From Chlorokybus atmophyticus (taxonomy: Eukaryota; Plantae; Mesostigma and Chlorokybus algae), in the NCBI GenBank assembly GCA_009103225.1, contig RHPI01000638.1:903012-967011 (forward strand): DNA of 64,000 nt. The letters run 5' to 3'. Under the pieces are notes generated by a model. That model did no database searches. It had not been told where the DNA came from and was given only the letters and a program-made list of their open reading frames with translations. The translations under genes and the position numbers were made by a program. The stretch's first letter is position 1; the number at the start of each line of letters is the position of its first letter. Shown piece after piece: positions 38,391 to 54,900 of this stretch.

Positions 38391-40193
38391 ATGGCGGCGG
38401 CGATGTTTGGGGCTCTGCGCATACAGACGTGTCGGCTGCCTTGGATTTCTACAACTGCCGCAAGGAGCAGGCCAAGCAGGACGAGGAGGAAGACGAGCAC
38501 TAGGGCGTCGGCCAGCCCCCCCACTAGCAGCAGCAGTAGTAGCACAAGCTTGAGCACCGAGCGTCAGCGTCAGCAGGTTGAGTTGTACGTGGATGCGCTG
38601 CTGGAGTGGAATGTGAAGGTCAACCTCACCGCCAGGAGCGTCACGGAGAGGGAGGAGGTCATGGGACGACACGTCGGGGACTCCCTCGCCCTCCTGCCCG
38701 TCATCGACCAAGCCATCCAACAGGTGTGTTACGTGGCTTCTTCAAGCTCGCTCTGTCAATGCCGTGTTGATATGCTCGTTTTCTCATAGAATCGCGCATT
38801 CGCTCATGCGCAACCATCCATGTCTGTGGGTAGTTGCTTCTCGCATGTTCTCATGCGTTTGCTCCGTCGGCCAGTGCTGCATTCAGCCGTTCATGCAAAC
38901 GCTCAATATTCAATCCGACCCTTCTATAATAAAGTCACTGCTAGATTTACTGCATTTATTCAGTCGTCACTCATGCTTATGTCGCATTCACTTGGGTATT
39001 TCGTTCAGCGTCGTATACAGCAGGTTGATTCAACAGTGTTAACAGCTACAGCATGCAGGCCAGCACTACCGGTTCCAAAGCATGTCTTGGCGTTTGACTA
39101 AGAATCGACTCGTCTTCTTATCAGGGCAAAACACAGTCATCGAACATCCGAGTGATAGATGTCGGCAGCGGCGCCGGTCTGCCGGGTCTCATCCTCGCTA
39201 TCGTACGCCCTGGTATGGTAGGTTTTGCGCTCTGTTCTTCACCAGTTTCACATGCGCGCGCGTGTATAGCTTATGTTGTCACAGTCAGCTTGCATTCAAT
39301 GCCATTGGTCCTCTGCGCAGACTGGGCGTTCACTTTGTTAGAAGCTCATCGCAAGCGCTGCACATTCATGGAGCACGTCGTCAAAGAGGCGCAGCTGCCC
39401 AACGTTGAAGTCCACTGGAGCAGAGCAGAGGTCTGATGAGCAAAGATATGGTTGGCTTTAACTGCAACTTGCCCTTTATCTTGTTTCTCACAACGCTGCG
39501 TTTGTGTCTTGGTCAGGAAGCAGGCCGAGAACCAAAAAGGCGCGAGGCCTATGACCTGTCCGTTGCACGCGCTGTTGCCGACCTGCGAGTTCTTGGTATA
39601 CATGACATTCATCACTGCTTGCGCATGTGTGTAGTATGCTTCACATGCCTCTCCTTGGTATGGCAAGAACAACAGACTTTCAACTGCATGCTCACTGTGG
39701 TGAGTGCATCCATTGCAGCTGAACTGTGCCTGCCCTTTGTGCGAGTGGGCGGCTCTTTCATAGCTGCCAAAGGCCCCAACCCACAGGCGAGTTCACACAC
39801 CGTCTGTTGTGTTGAGTGGTCCCGCAGCCACTGTGTCGGATATATATCGCATAATGTATTTTCCTCCGGTGCTTCTATTGATATCTGAGGCCAGTGTTTG
39901 GACATTTGTTGACAGGAGGAGGTTGAGCAGGCACGCACAGCTGTCAAACTGCTGGGTGGCGACATTGTGTCCACGCAGCTCGGTAAGGCAATGTGGTGTT
40001 TCGCGCATCTGCCTTGTGTCAGTGTAATAATCAACATTGTAGGTCTGAGACGTTGTTATTCACAAGCATTGTTTGTGTAGTGGACTCGAGTGGCGCACAT
40101 GGGCAGCGCACAGCGGTCATCTGCATAAAGAAGAAACCAACTCCGGTTGCATACCCCCGACTTCCAGGCGTGCCGAAACAAAAGCCGTTGTGA
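38391..40193 (+). CDS. rsmG: Organellar 16S rRNA m7G methyltransferase RsmG/GidB with a transit peptide
   Basis: LYVDALLEWNVKVNLTA..RHVGDSL, IDVGSGAGLPG (SAM motif I), TLLEAHRKRCTF, RAE, SVARAVADLRVL|AELCLP, AAKG, PTPVAYPRLPGVP. Confidence 0.95.
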
Positions 40194-40557
40194 CAAGTGT
40201 GCATGTGCGTGCAGACGCACCACATGAATATCTTGTTCATGTGTGAACTGTCATTGGCACAGTTGCAGAATAGGTCCTGTTAGCAACTTCCACTTCAGTG
40301 CGGTTGTGCACCAAGAGTAGTGCTTGGTGGTTGAACAACTGCCACAGTATGCCAACAGAAGGGTAGTGTTGCAAGGCCGTTGTGATTCTGATGTCTCAAG
40401 CCCAGTGCACACTACATGCCAAGATGCAGAGACCGTGCATGCACAAGGACACCGCACCAAACAAGGCAATACGACAAGCTTGTATTTAACAGACATTGGA
40501 CAAACCCAAATCTTCACACACACTCTCATGCATGCCACAATCCTTGCACTCTAATTA

Positions 40558-40558
<1 letters not shown>

Positions 40559-40606
<48 letters not shown>
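40559..40606. repeat. (CA)n microsatellite
   Basis: Uninterrupted CA dinucleotide run. Confidence 0.97.
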
Positions 40607-40608
<2 letters not shown>

Positions 40609-40872
40609 GCCCCCAATATGCACTGCACACCAGGTGCAATGCTTTCGGGAACAATGTTCACAGACAGGGGTGGCCTACATGAGTAAAGCAGCTCAGAGAC
40701 TTGCAGCAGCACCGCATCTTCGTTATGCGGATCTTTTCCAAGCTTCATTCTTGGTACCACCACAACCACCCGTAACAATATCATTGAGGGCGTGCAAGTG
40801 CGCAGAGTTATATACAACAATGGTCACAATATACTATACAGCTACCACTACCTAGAATATAAACATGGTTTG

Positions 40873-43800
40873 CTAAGCCTTTGCGGTCTCCTTTGGCCAC
40901 TCAACATCGCCACTCACCACCTCATAAGACATCTTCTGGACATTCCGCATAGAGGCTGATGGGGTGACGGCCTGCGACAAGGTGATTGTGAGACCCACCA
41001 AACTGGTGCATATGTGAGTCAAGAGCAACAATGCACATGGCAGGAGACTACTTGCACTCACCGGTGATGGTGCAACCAGGCCACTGATGGCATCCACAAT
41101 CTGCTCGCGCCTTTCTAGCCGCGAAGGGCACAACACGACATCCGCCCAAATGCCCTTGCAGCGGTCAAGATAATCGCTGCATGCGCACCTGCTGTGATAG
41201 CAACAGGTTGGCTCAGTCCATGGCTGAAGTACTGCGTGAGGTCAGAGCATGACAAGCACAACCATGAGGTAGTCCCGACACCCATACCAATAGTGAGCGC
41301 ATTAACCACATGGTAATAACGTACCCATGGCTGTCATGCTTGCCAGTGCAGTGCAGCTGCGCAACATTTGTCGCGGAGGTGTTCATATGTGCGAGCGATC
41401 GGAAGTGCGTGTAGGCAGCTTCATCCAAAACCTGGTGTCCAAGCTTACCTTTCTTGGCAATAATAGTGGGAACCTGCCGCAAATCAAGCGAAAGCTGAGC
41501 ACACTGTTTGCGCATGATTCAAGTGCAAACTGTTTTGGCCACAACCGACCTGGCCAGCGGCATTCGTGCTGAACAGAGTGGCATGATCAACAAGATCGCA
41601 ATAGGCTTCAAATTTTGCAGCAAATAGGCTGTGGGAGCGCAGTTGAGATGCAACCGGTACCGTTCGCCCTGTCAAAATGGCCCGTCTGCACAAGCCAGAT
41701 AACAGAAACATGTTTAAACATGTTCACAAACGTTCATAGTGGAATCCAACTTCACATTGGGAAGTAGACACATACCGCATGCCGCGCACAACAGCTAGCT
41801 CTGCATCGCAAGTCACTCCCACCATCTCGATTCGGTATGGTCTGTGCGGTCTATTCTTGCCGTCAAGCCTGCAATCTGCCTCATCATTACAAATACTCTC
41901 ATCCATAACCTCCCAGTATCGCTCCAGTATGGTGTTATCTGGCATTCTGCGGTAGCCTGGTCCCATCCGGTACTTGTGCTTATCGGCATTGCGAGCCATG
42001 GCAATGGTCTGCCACAATACCAACAGCTCATAAGCAAAAAGACTTGGGCAATACCAAGCAAGCACTGCAGCTCAATCTCAATGCACTGACGAGTACCTGT
42101 CGAACAAATGGCTCCCATGACATGGTGCCGTCAAAAATGATGTCCCGGCCCTCGTTGATAGCGGAGACAAGCAAAGATGAGGCGGCTTGTATTGACGTGT
42201 CATGCACCAGCTCACTCGCATTGTATGCTGAGTGGTTTGTGAGAGCTCTGTATATCTGCAAACAAGTTTGGATTACCCAGATATAATGCGAGTCAAGCAC
42301 AGCGCAGATGCGAGCCAACACCGATGGTACGAAGTGAGCGTACCACATCTTTCTCCTTGAAGGCATCCGCCTCCACAACAACTGCATTGGTTCCATGTGC
42401 GGACCAAAAGGAGCTCTTCATGATCTCGTGAACAGCAGTCGACTTCCCTGCACCCATCCCACCCCCGAGAAGCAGAAGCACTGGGGGCCGCCCTTCTGAC
42501 CTTGGGCTCAACACCTCATCTCCGTGGTGTATCATCTGCGTGAGCCGTGTGTCAACCAGTTGTCGGGCTTGCCCACATCAATGCAGGCACTTACTGGGGG
42601 ACAGCAATCTTACCTTCAACTCTTCAATGATTGTGTAGAAACAACGCTGCGGCCCCAAAACTTGCAACGTGCGCTGGTACCGCTGTGGCATGGTGGCCTT
42701 CATAACCTCCTCCTGGTCAGTGTGCATGGGCTGCGTCAGCAAAGCGTGCAAAAGAGCACATGTGCAATCCCACCATGTCAAGACACTGCATGCAGCACAC
42801 AACCACAGCGCAAAAAAAAGTAGCGAACAACCCTATGGACATAGTCACATGCCAATCAAACAGCTTTGCAACAAATCTGATCCATTGCAGAAAGACTTGA
42901 ACAAGCACCCATACAGTCTCCTGTGCTTAAGAAATGCTGCAGCTCAACGCCTAACCCAGACACAACAGCGATCAAAGCAAGCAACACAGACACTCTGTGC
43001 GTACCACTGTTGACCAGATTGCACCTTCAATGTTGGACGCGATCCTTTTCGCAAGACCGGTTGTTCAACAGTCCCACGAAGCAACATGTCCGCATGGTCC
43101 CAGTGGAAGCCGAAATAGCTGTACATGCATGCGTCCAGCTCGGCTACCAGATCCGCAGCAAGGTCTGTCACGTCCAACGGCGTCTCCGCGCATGCATTCT
43201 CTGCCAGCCGTATGAGGTGCTCACGACTGGTGTCGGATGCGGACTTGTCGCCGCGTATGTACTTCATCGCAACCTGCAGAGAGACAAGCATGCCATCAGC
43301 TGCACAGCAAACACAGGTTGAAGTGCTGAACCACTTTAGGATGAAGCGGTTCAGCACTTTGACATGCGGCAACAGCAATGCATCATGATCTGACGACTAG
43401 TGCCCTGTACTGACTTGACTGAAAGTAGCTAACATTGCAGTCACACCTCAGCAGCTAAGCTTCTAGCCATGCCGATGCAAGCAAATATGCTAGCACTGCA
43501 TGCACAGCACAACATGCAACTAAGAAAAGAACCGACAAGCCTCCTGACACAGGATCACCCTCATCCATTCACGACAATCACTTGTTCAACACGAAAATGA
43601 CTGGTGAGCAGCGTTGATGGCACTCACGACAAGTGCCATGCTGTGACATTAGCACCTTGCAAAGCCAAGGCGCAGTGGAGTCTGTGCTGTTCAGTCCCAG
43701 CTGGCGCACACAGTACTCGCCAAACAACTCCACCGCCTCCACCCGCTGCTTGTCATTGATGTACACGTAGGGTTGGAGGTGGGAAAGAGCTTCCGGAAGA

Positions 43801-43976
43801 TGCGTCGCCAGCACGGTCCAGGTGCCGGAATCAGGCGAAGCGGGAGGGTCGGCAACGGCGGAGGCATGGCTGCCGCCATCAGTGCGAGCGATGGAAAAGC
43901 CGTTCGCCTTGTGCTGCTGCTTCAACTCCATCACCTCCCGCTCCGGAGTACTGTGCATAGCTACCCCAGCCGTCAT
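40873..43976 (-). CDS. Zeta-toxin-fold P-loop kinase of the plant calmodulin-dependent NAD kinase (NADKc) family
   Basis: PVLLLLGGGMGAGKST (Walker A), AVVVEADAFKEKDV, ELVHDTS..AASSLLVSAINEGRDIIFDGTMSWEPFVRQ, YRMGPGY, RPYRIEMVGVTCD..AVVRGMR. The 3' end is approximate. Confidence 0.88.
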
Positions 43977-44270
43977 AGCAGTAGGAGGAGCAGCAGCGTC
44001 AGCTCGCCCATCGTCCAGCACAAACCACTTGCGCCCCGAAGCACCTCTGTGGGGTCCGGGCTTCAGCAAATGTGAGCTGATAGCAGCAAAATCTGGCGTG
44101 GCCAGCAGAAGCAGCCCTTTTCAGCTGTCCACACCCAGGTCTACACGGAGAGCGATGCCGCCGCCGCCGCCGCTGTGTTCAACAACGTGCCGCCTGGCGC
44201 GCAAATTCTTGTCCGCTGCTTGCGAAACGGCAAAGTGTGCGATTCCTTCTTCGTTATGCTTCGCTACTGT

Positions 44271-44309
44271 ACCGTATTTTGGTACCGTATTACGGTACCA
44301 AAGTACGGT
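44271..44309. promoter_or_regulatory. 19-bp-arm inverted repeat within a GTAC-motif cluster in a bidirectional promoter
   Basis: ACCGTATTTTGGTACCGTA-T-TACGGTACCAAAGTACGGT with one mismatch. Six GTAC cores lie in 44269-44327. Confidence 0.55.
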
Positions 44310-44531
44310 CTGTACTAACAGGGGTACGGCTTACACTGGGGAAACACGGGCAACATGTATGGTCGTCCAAGGGTTTCGTTAGGGCCTATAGCAGGACAAC
44401 ATTTTGGAAGTTCCAGAGACTTGCCCTGATATAAGCACACCGTTGCCTGTAGGAATGGCAGTCTTATAAAGGTTTGCATTCATCATCAGTGTTGCCACCA
44501 TAGTTGTGGTTAAGTTCTACCACTGAGCGCC

Positions 44532-47004
<2,473 letters not shown>

Positions 47005-48080
47005 GCAAATGGCACTGTGCTGGAATTCGCATTCGGCCAATATGTGCCTTATCATGCATGCATTGTACATGGCAGTCTTAGCACATATCGTGACTGTATG
47101 AAACAAATCGTAGGGTTGACTCCAGGTTCTGCAGTTGAAATGACATTACCATCATTCAAGCAGAATGCGCGGTTGTGGACCCTTGTGCCACACACTCAAA
47201 CAACACCTGCCGTGCATGAATGGTGGCTAATCAGTAGGTATTCTCATCTGCCAGTTGATAAGTGCGCAGCTCGTTCATGATATGTGTAGTGGCGCTACAC
47301 CACGTGAGAGCAATAGGTAATGTCCCCCATTATTGTAAGCTGTATGAAACACAGGTGGTGAGGTGCGCACATAACAGCAAGTATCTACACACTAACAAAG
47401 TTGAGCAGCAGGCAAGCCAGGCACATAGTTGGTTACAAGACAATGAGATTTGAGTAAGCCCTGGCGTGGTAATAACTGTACTACACAAATAGAGGCATGG
47501 GCATGAGCAACGGCAGCACCGTAACCTGCGAGAACTCCACAGTTATACCCTTAGGTCGCTGCAAGAGCGCTCACAGCCATGTCGAAGCTGGCATGAGCAA
47601 AAGTGCAGCATCAAGTTGCAAGTGCTCACAGGGCAATTTGGTGCCGCATGGTAAACATGCGCATAGGCATAGGTGGGCATCAACCTAAGCCAATTCTAGG
47701 CACACTCACAACGCAAGTGCGCAGCGTAACACTTGCATGGCAACAAGTTCACTGCAATGTGGCATGGGAATGACTACACCTTTGGTAATCATGAATATGC
47801 AGACGAATTCACCATGGACATTGCTCATTATGTATAGACAAGCCATCCGCATGAGCCAAACCGAGGCCGGTCAAGACCAGCTCAATGCAGCTTCTTCAAG
47901 ACTTGTTCACTGCCTTGACAAAGTACCTGATACACGCAGTTCACAATTGTGAGTCTTTTATTTCACACTTATTCAATCAGCTACCAAGCTATGCTTTAAC
48001 AAACACCCGCAGTTCCCCACGATCCCCTCTTGTTACGCGCAACTGCAAAAGCCGAGCAACACCATTAACAACGTTGAAAC

Positions 48081-49794
48081 TCAAAAAGCCCTTCCAATTT
48101 GAAAGCAGGCACGCAAGGCATGGCTGTTGTGGCATACCTCATCATCAACATAGGTCACAATAAAGCTGCCGCTCCGGACACCTGATGGGGCGCGGATGTT
48201 CTCGAGCAGAGATGGTACCTCACTGCCAAGCACGTGCCTGTGGTCAGGTCCGGTACGTGCAATGCCGGCAAAGGCCATTCTAGCAGTCACAATATGCCGA
48301 GCCAACTTACAAGTCTGGCAGGGATGCCAAGGCCCCTTTACCCTTGACACTTGTCTTGTCAAACACAATGACTATGCCACTTCTGCCTGCACCAAACAGT
48401 GACATCAAGCAAAGCTCAGTGTCAACCAAACAAGAACGCACAGCAGCAGGAACAACGAGGTTGCGTCCTGCCTGTGCACAGGGTGAGGTGTGATATTCTT
48501 AACAACCTGTCAGTGAACATGTTACCTGAGATCTGCAATCTGTGCTCTAGTGACAGTTGCGCGCGTAAAGCAGGTGAGATGCGGCCCTTCAGCTCGACAA
48601 TGTTGTCGAGGCGCCGCCGAGATGCATCGATCTTCTGGAACACCTGCCCACATGCCAAAGCATGTCAGCTGAGACCCAGCAATTGAGTCCCCACAATTCA
48701 AACTGGATATGCCTATACTGCCCATGCTCTTCACTTTATACCTGCCCCAAGGTGAAGGGAACAAGAGATGCAAGTGGCCCAGGGCGAGCACCACCCAAGC
48801 TGCCTGTAGCAAAGCTGCTAGTGTACACCAGACGCCACTGCCACGCACATGACAATTCAGCTCAATTGCAATACAACAGATACCACAACCTGCATACATG
48901 GATTGACAGCTTGCAATGCACACCATGCCGTCCAGCCTTGGCAGCTCGTCTGGGAGGTTAATGCCGCCACCAATGGCTTCCAGAGTCAGTGCAGCTTCTT
49001 CGACCTCTGCAACACCACACGCATGTCAAACTGTCCACGTATAGCGCCGCAGCTACTCTGACAGCTGTGAAGCCACAGACAAACAGCAAACATGCGTAAG
49101 TACACACCTGCCCGCTGTTGACTGTCTGCAGCAAATCCGCGGTCTGTGCCAGCAACCATACTCTACATGCCAGAATCCAGAATCAGTCCAATGCACTAAA
49201 GCATATGCATGCTGTGCGCTTGTTTCAGCTGCTGACCTAGACATCAATCGCTTCAACATGCATGCAACATCTGGCATGTATATGCACCAAGAGGTGCATC
49301 TTGCATGTATATGCACCTCCTAGTGCATATAGAACACACACTCAACGGTCACTTACCAGCAACCTGACTTTCAGGGCGCCCACATCCCCACGCTCATCAT
49401 GGTCATCGTCATCATCGTCATGATCGTCATGCTCGTGCTCATCGTCATGCTCATGGTCCTGACCATCCTCACGTTTAGCCCTGGGCTTTATCTTAAACTT
49501 CTTCGACCTGGGCTTTGCCTTCTTATCGTTCACTTTCTCCTTGTCATCCTGCTTCGCCTTGGAGGAGGTAGCATACACAACCACCCCGCTTCCTCTGCTG
49601 CTGTTGTCACTCCTCAACCTGCGTCTCTGCATGCCATCGCCACCAGCGAGCAGCACCTGCGAGTTGGTCTGCCTGCCGATCAAAGCAGAGCTGGCCAAAC
49701 TCCTCGGCCTGCTGCTGCTGCTGGCACCGCTTGCTTCTGCCAGCAGCCCAACCACAGCCCTTCCGGCCACCACCGTCGCCGCCGCCGCCGCCAT
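48081..49794 (-). CDS. Conserved hypothetical plastid-targeted protein with a His/Asp-rich tract
   Basis: Ala/Ser/Arg-rich transit peptide from ATG 49794, then DHEHDDEHEHDDHDDDDDDHDE. Later exons EVEEAALTLEAIGGG, CKLARHIVTAR and GSFIVTYVDDEVCHNSHAL resemble an uncharacterised land-plant family (recalled, not verified). Confidence 0.65.
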
Positions 49795-51952
49795 GGCTGC
49801 ACACTACTACTGAACTAACCTCAACAACCAACTAGGCAGCGTTAGTGGCAGTGATGTCAGTAACAGTGTGCTTCTCGTGATGCACTGCTTATCACAGTTG
49901 CAGTTGAAAACACACACCCTTCAGACTTCAGGAAGCAGCTGTAAGCCTAAACTGATCAGACCAAGCTTAGCTGAAGCTTGCATGAGAGAGATGTCTGTGA
50001 CCAGCATATGCTCATTGACGGCAAGGCCAGCGTGCACGTATGGCAAAAGGGAGGCTTGCTGCAAAGGGAGTCGACGTGGCAGCACGGCTTAGCGAGATTC
50101 GCGGCAGAGGCAGATCGCCGCTCGAGTCACGAGTGTCGTCGTCAGCAGCTATTCATGCATTGCTATGGGTGCAACGGAGTGCTGAATGAATCAAGGTCAC
50201 CTTTTCTCCAACATGCAATCATGTTATCATGTTGTAATTATCCTGAAAACAAATTATTTAGGTAGGTAGCAATGCATTAGATAGAAGAAAGCAAGCACAT
50301 GCGACATGACATAAAGGCCACGATGGAGCTAATTGTAACGGATTAAAACAATAGACCACTGGTCCTCTGCTAAAACCCTCAAGCAGCAATGGTAGGCTGT
50401 AGGCTGTATTCGAGCTGGAATACTACATCAAGGTCAACCTGCAAAGCGCAGCATACATGCTAAACAATATTCACTATAAGCTACATGTAAGCTGCATTCG
50501 TGTACCTACCAACACGTATATGTACTACTTGAAAGACTTGGTCAACATATTTATTGATAACAAGTAGCAAATACTCAAATGGTGGTCAACTAAATATTCA
50601 ACATATGACTAAGAACATAAACTTATAGAAAGCGTAGTTGACCTCATGTCACGCATGCAGGCCGCGCTGCACTAAAGACAATGTTTTAAATTATTGCAAT
50701 GTGACTTGCTTCCTTGTTGAACATCTTATATGTCCGCACCGCATATGTAGCGACTATATGAGGTTAAATATACAACATACGAAATCTGTACGGCTTACGT
50801 ACACGCACGCGCACCGTGCTCGTCCATGGCTGACAAAGCACGTGAAAATGTTATATATGTATATTAATTTAAGAGTAATCTAAATTGGATATCATGAGCC
50901 GGCTGGTCATGCTTAAAACATTGCAGTAACAAAAAAGTTTAAGATCCAATTGGTGTCAACTAACAAAAGCATTTAAGGTAGCTAACGCATGCGTGGGCAT
51001 CGTAACATGCCATCATACCGTTTTTGGATCAATGTTTATTACGAGACCCCATTCAATGGTGTCTTGTAATTACCTTAATACGGCACCAGGGTCAACAATG
51101 CCAAGTTGTAAGTTGCCCTTGCAATACATTGTTACAACCAATGGCGGGGCTCTTTATTTAATATACCATAAAGATGAGTGTATAACTTGCATTGTCCTTA
51201 CAATCATTGGTATACAAGTACACCAATGTTTGTAAGAGCAATGCAATGTCACACATTTGCACCACGCACACAGCACACACAATAGCACGTCATACATCCT
51301 GTACACACGTGCTTGCACACACAACATATACGTGCAGCACGTACGCACAGCCACATGCACAAAGCACACATTAACACACCAACACAAACACACTTGCACA
51401 TATACAGCACGCACGCACACCACGCCACGCAATGAGGCAAGCAATGACAACAATCACCAACTAGGAACACTAGCTAACCGCAGCAGCCAACGCATGTGTA
51501 CACTAGCACATTAACAACTTGAGAAGCTACATCTACCAACGCTGACGATGTCGCGAAGGTAGCGCCGGATGCATTGATTCCTTAAAGTAAATGTCTATAA
51601 GTGTATACTAGTGTATATTTGCGGTGTGTATAGCACTGTGCAGATTGGGCAAGTTACAGTCACATCTGTGAGCTGCACTGTATTATTGAAGTGCTTCAAT
51701 TGCTGTTGAATGCTAGACACATGATAGCGACCTGCTACAAAGGGTTTGCATGAATCATTGAACATAAGCAGACGTGCAGATTGCTCAACGCACTGTGTGA
51801 GCAGCAAACCAGTGCTATAACCAGTAGACAAAAATTGCGGCTACAAAGTACTTACCAAGCTAATGGTTTGATTATTACATGTCGTATGTATCCGCACACG
51901 GCAATATCCGAGCAGTGCCGATTCGAAGGGCAGCACCATCATCTTGTTGGCC

Positions 51953-54900
51953 TCAAGAACTGCTGTTGGATCCAACAGCAGTTCTTAAGGCCAACAAGAT
52001 GTCGGTCTCACTCTTGGTCTCAGTCTTGTTCTCGGTCTTGGTCTCAGTCTCCACCTGCGTTTGTTGTAGTCTGGCTCGCAGCTCTCGCCTCAGAATTTTG
52101 CCCGAAGCAGCCTTCGGGATGGCGTCCACAAAGACGACTCGCCTGAGCTTCTTGTAGGGTGCAACCTGAGGCGAGGCACGCATTGAGCAACATCGTGGGA
52201 ATGTTCATTACAAGTACTGGTTACGTGCCATCACATGTGGCCTGGAATGCATGCATTGCGTCATGCGCCTCAATGTGATGACTTTTGTTATGCAACAAGC
52301 ATTCCTTAGTGCAGTTGTGCTTGACAGTACGTACACGTTGTGCGCAGTACTCCATAACAGCTTCTTCAGTGATGTCGGTGTTTGGTGCCTTGACAACGAA
52401 TCCAACGGGCACCTCACCAGCTTCAGTGTCCTTTTGTGGCACGACTGCGGCATCAGCAATCGATGGGTGCGCGACGAGAAGCGCTTCCAACTCAGCAGGT
52501 GGGACCTGCAAGCAAAAGACACGGGGAATAGGTTGATTCACGATTGCCTGTTCACCACAACAAAATCACCAAGTGTTGAAATGGCAGGGTGAGTTGGCGG
52601 AATGGTCAAGCCCAAATGAGCAGTTTGCATTCGAGTTGTCTGAGATCGTTCTCGCATGCTTCAACAATATGAGAGCGCACCTGATAGCCCTTGTATTTGA
52701 TGAGCTCCTTCACTCGATCCACGATGAACACCTCCTCATCTTGGTCAATGTACCCCAGATCGCCGGTGTGAAGCCACCCTTGGGAGTCAATGGTCACTTT
52801 GGTGGCCTCCAGATCATTCAGGTAACCTGACCAGGAAAAAGAAGTCAACTGGCTGTCACGCATGCCATACGTTTGAGGTTTTGCCATGCTATTGGCCACT
52901 CCAACATGATACAAGGACTGGCATGCCCACCCTTCATCACGTTCGGGCCTCGGATGCACAGCTCGCCATGCTCGTTGTGTGCGAGGTCTTTGCCTGTTTG
53001 CACGCTAACAATTTTGATCTCCATGTTGGGCAGGACTGTCCCTATTGAGCCAAGCTTGCATGGCTTGGGAGGCGACGCTATGTCTGTGGTGAGGGTGGCA
53101 ACTGGACTGCACTCTGTCATTCCATAGCCCTATAGCATAACCAAGGTCAACATCTCAAGAGTGCTGCATGCACATGCGCTTCATGAAAGCTAAGCTCCAT
53201 CATCAAGCCGCATGCCGGATTGCTATATATTTAACTGGATGCAAACACCAAAGCAAGGCATCACTTGGAAGGTGCAATGAGGAAGAATCATGAACATGAC
53301 ATACGAGATAAGCAAGAGCATTCAAGCCACAACGTCATGAGAGTATGAACAAGAGCTTGAAGCAGTTTGGTGAAGATAAGACGTACCTGCGCCACCACGA
53401 CTTTGAGCCGCTTCACGACAGCGTCAGCCAGATCTTTCGCCATTGGGGCAGCACCGGATATAATGCGTGTTAGCGAGGACATGTCGTACTTGTCCACGAT
53501 AGGGTGCTTGGCAAGCGCAAGAAGAATTGGTGGAGCCACATGAACCACCGAGATGCGGTATAATGCAATGAGGGCGAGCATTTCCGCCTGTTCATGCAGC
53601 AAGCCTTTGGTCAGTTTGACAAGCAACAGACAGATGGTACAGCTGGCATACACATGGTCATCACAATGTACGAAACATGGTCCTACCAAATCAAACTTCG
53701 GCATGAACACAATGCTGGCGCCTGTCGTAATGCCTGAAAACATGATGCAGGAGATGCCGTAGATGTGGAACATTGGAAGGAGACCGAGCAGCACATCTTG
53801 ATCCGATATGTTGGCTCGCCCGCTCGAGCACACTTGGACGATGTTGGCCACGATGTTGCGATGGGTGAGTATCACGCCCTTCGGCATGCCAGTTGTGCCG
53901 GACGAGTACGGAAGGATTGCTATGTCATCTGGCGAGACCTTGACAGCTGGCAGCAGTGCTGGGTCTGCTGTAGCTATCATCCTGGACAGCGGAACTGTAG
54001 CCGAGCCGTGTGCTTCACCAATAGTGATCACTGGGATCGTTGGATTCGCTGCTTGCACCTTCTCCAGAAAGAGTGGTATGGTCACCACCACCTTGGCGTT
54101 GCTGTTCTTCAACTGTGCGCTGATTTCCTCTGAAGTGTACAGCGGATTGCATGTGGACACCTGCACCGTGTGTATGTGTGTTACAACATACTTAACTCTT
54201 GTTGGCGAGCTACATGCGCGATACTGGCAGTGACTAAGTCTGCATGGGTTGCAAGGCCATTGCATTGAAGACGGCATGCATGGTCAAGCATTGAGATGCT
54301 TACCGCAACACCTATGGTCAAAGCGCCAAGCACCACCAGAGGGAACTGCACACCAACGCAGCATGCAGTCAGTTGGTGCCAGCGTGCAAGAATATGACAC
54401 CCTGTGGTCATTGCTCACTACTATCTAGGCTCCGTACTACGTGCACAGCAGTCTGCACTGTAGCAGTGCTTGCGCCTGACCTCGATCAAATTTGGTGACA
54501 GAAGCATCAGGACATCCCCTTGCTTGAGGCCCTGCTGCGTCAGGCCCACCGCAACCTTTGCAACGAGAGTGGGCAGCTCTTGGAACGTGTAGCTGTGGCA
54601 AGTCACGCACGCATGAAACGGCATCGATGAGAATGTGGCACACGCACGCGCGCATGCGTGTTGATGAGTGGGTGGGTGGGTGTGGGCATGTGTGCTAGTA
54701 CTGGAGCGCGCACTAGTGCGGGTGCATGTGTGTTTCAGCATTCTATTAGCCGACCCTTATTTCTCTCTTTGGTTTAAGTAGCCAAAACATCTCATCTCAA
54801 TCAATGTGAATGTAATGCAGCTGCTAGTTTAACAGCCTCTGAAGCATGCAACCATGCTGTGTGGATTAAGTACAGGGCAACTGTCCCGTCAAACTGCTGA

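Noticed and set aside
40873-43976. Toxin-antitoxin system suggested by the zeta-toxin fold
   Set aside because: The gene is intron-rich, matches the plant NADKc-type family, and has no antitoxin partner.
50300-51900. AT-richer intergenic stretch as a possible transposon
   Set aside because: No terminal repeats, TSD or transposase/RT motifs could be found by eye.
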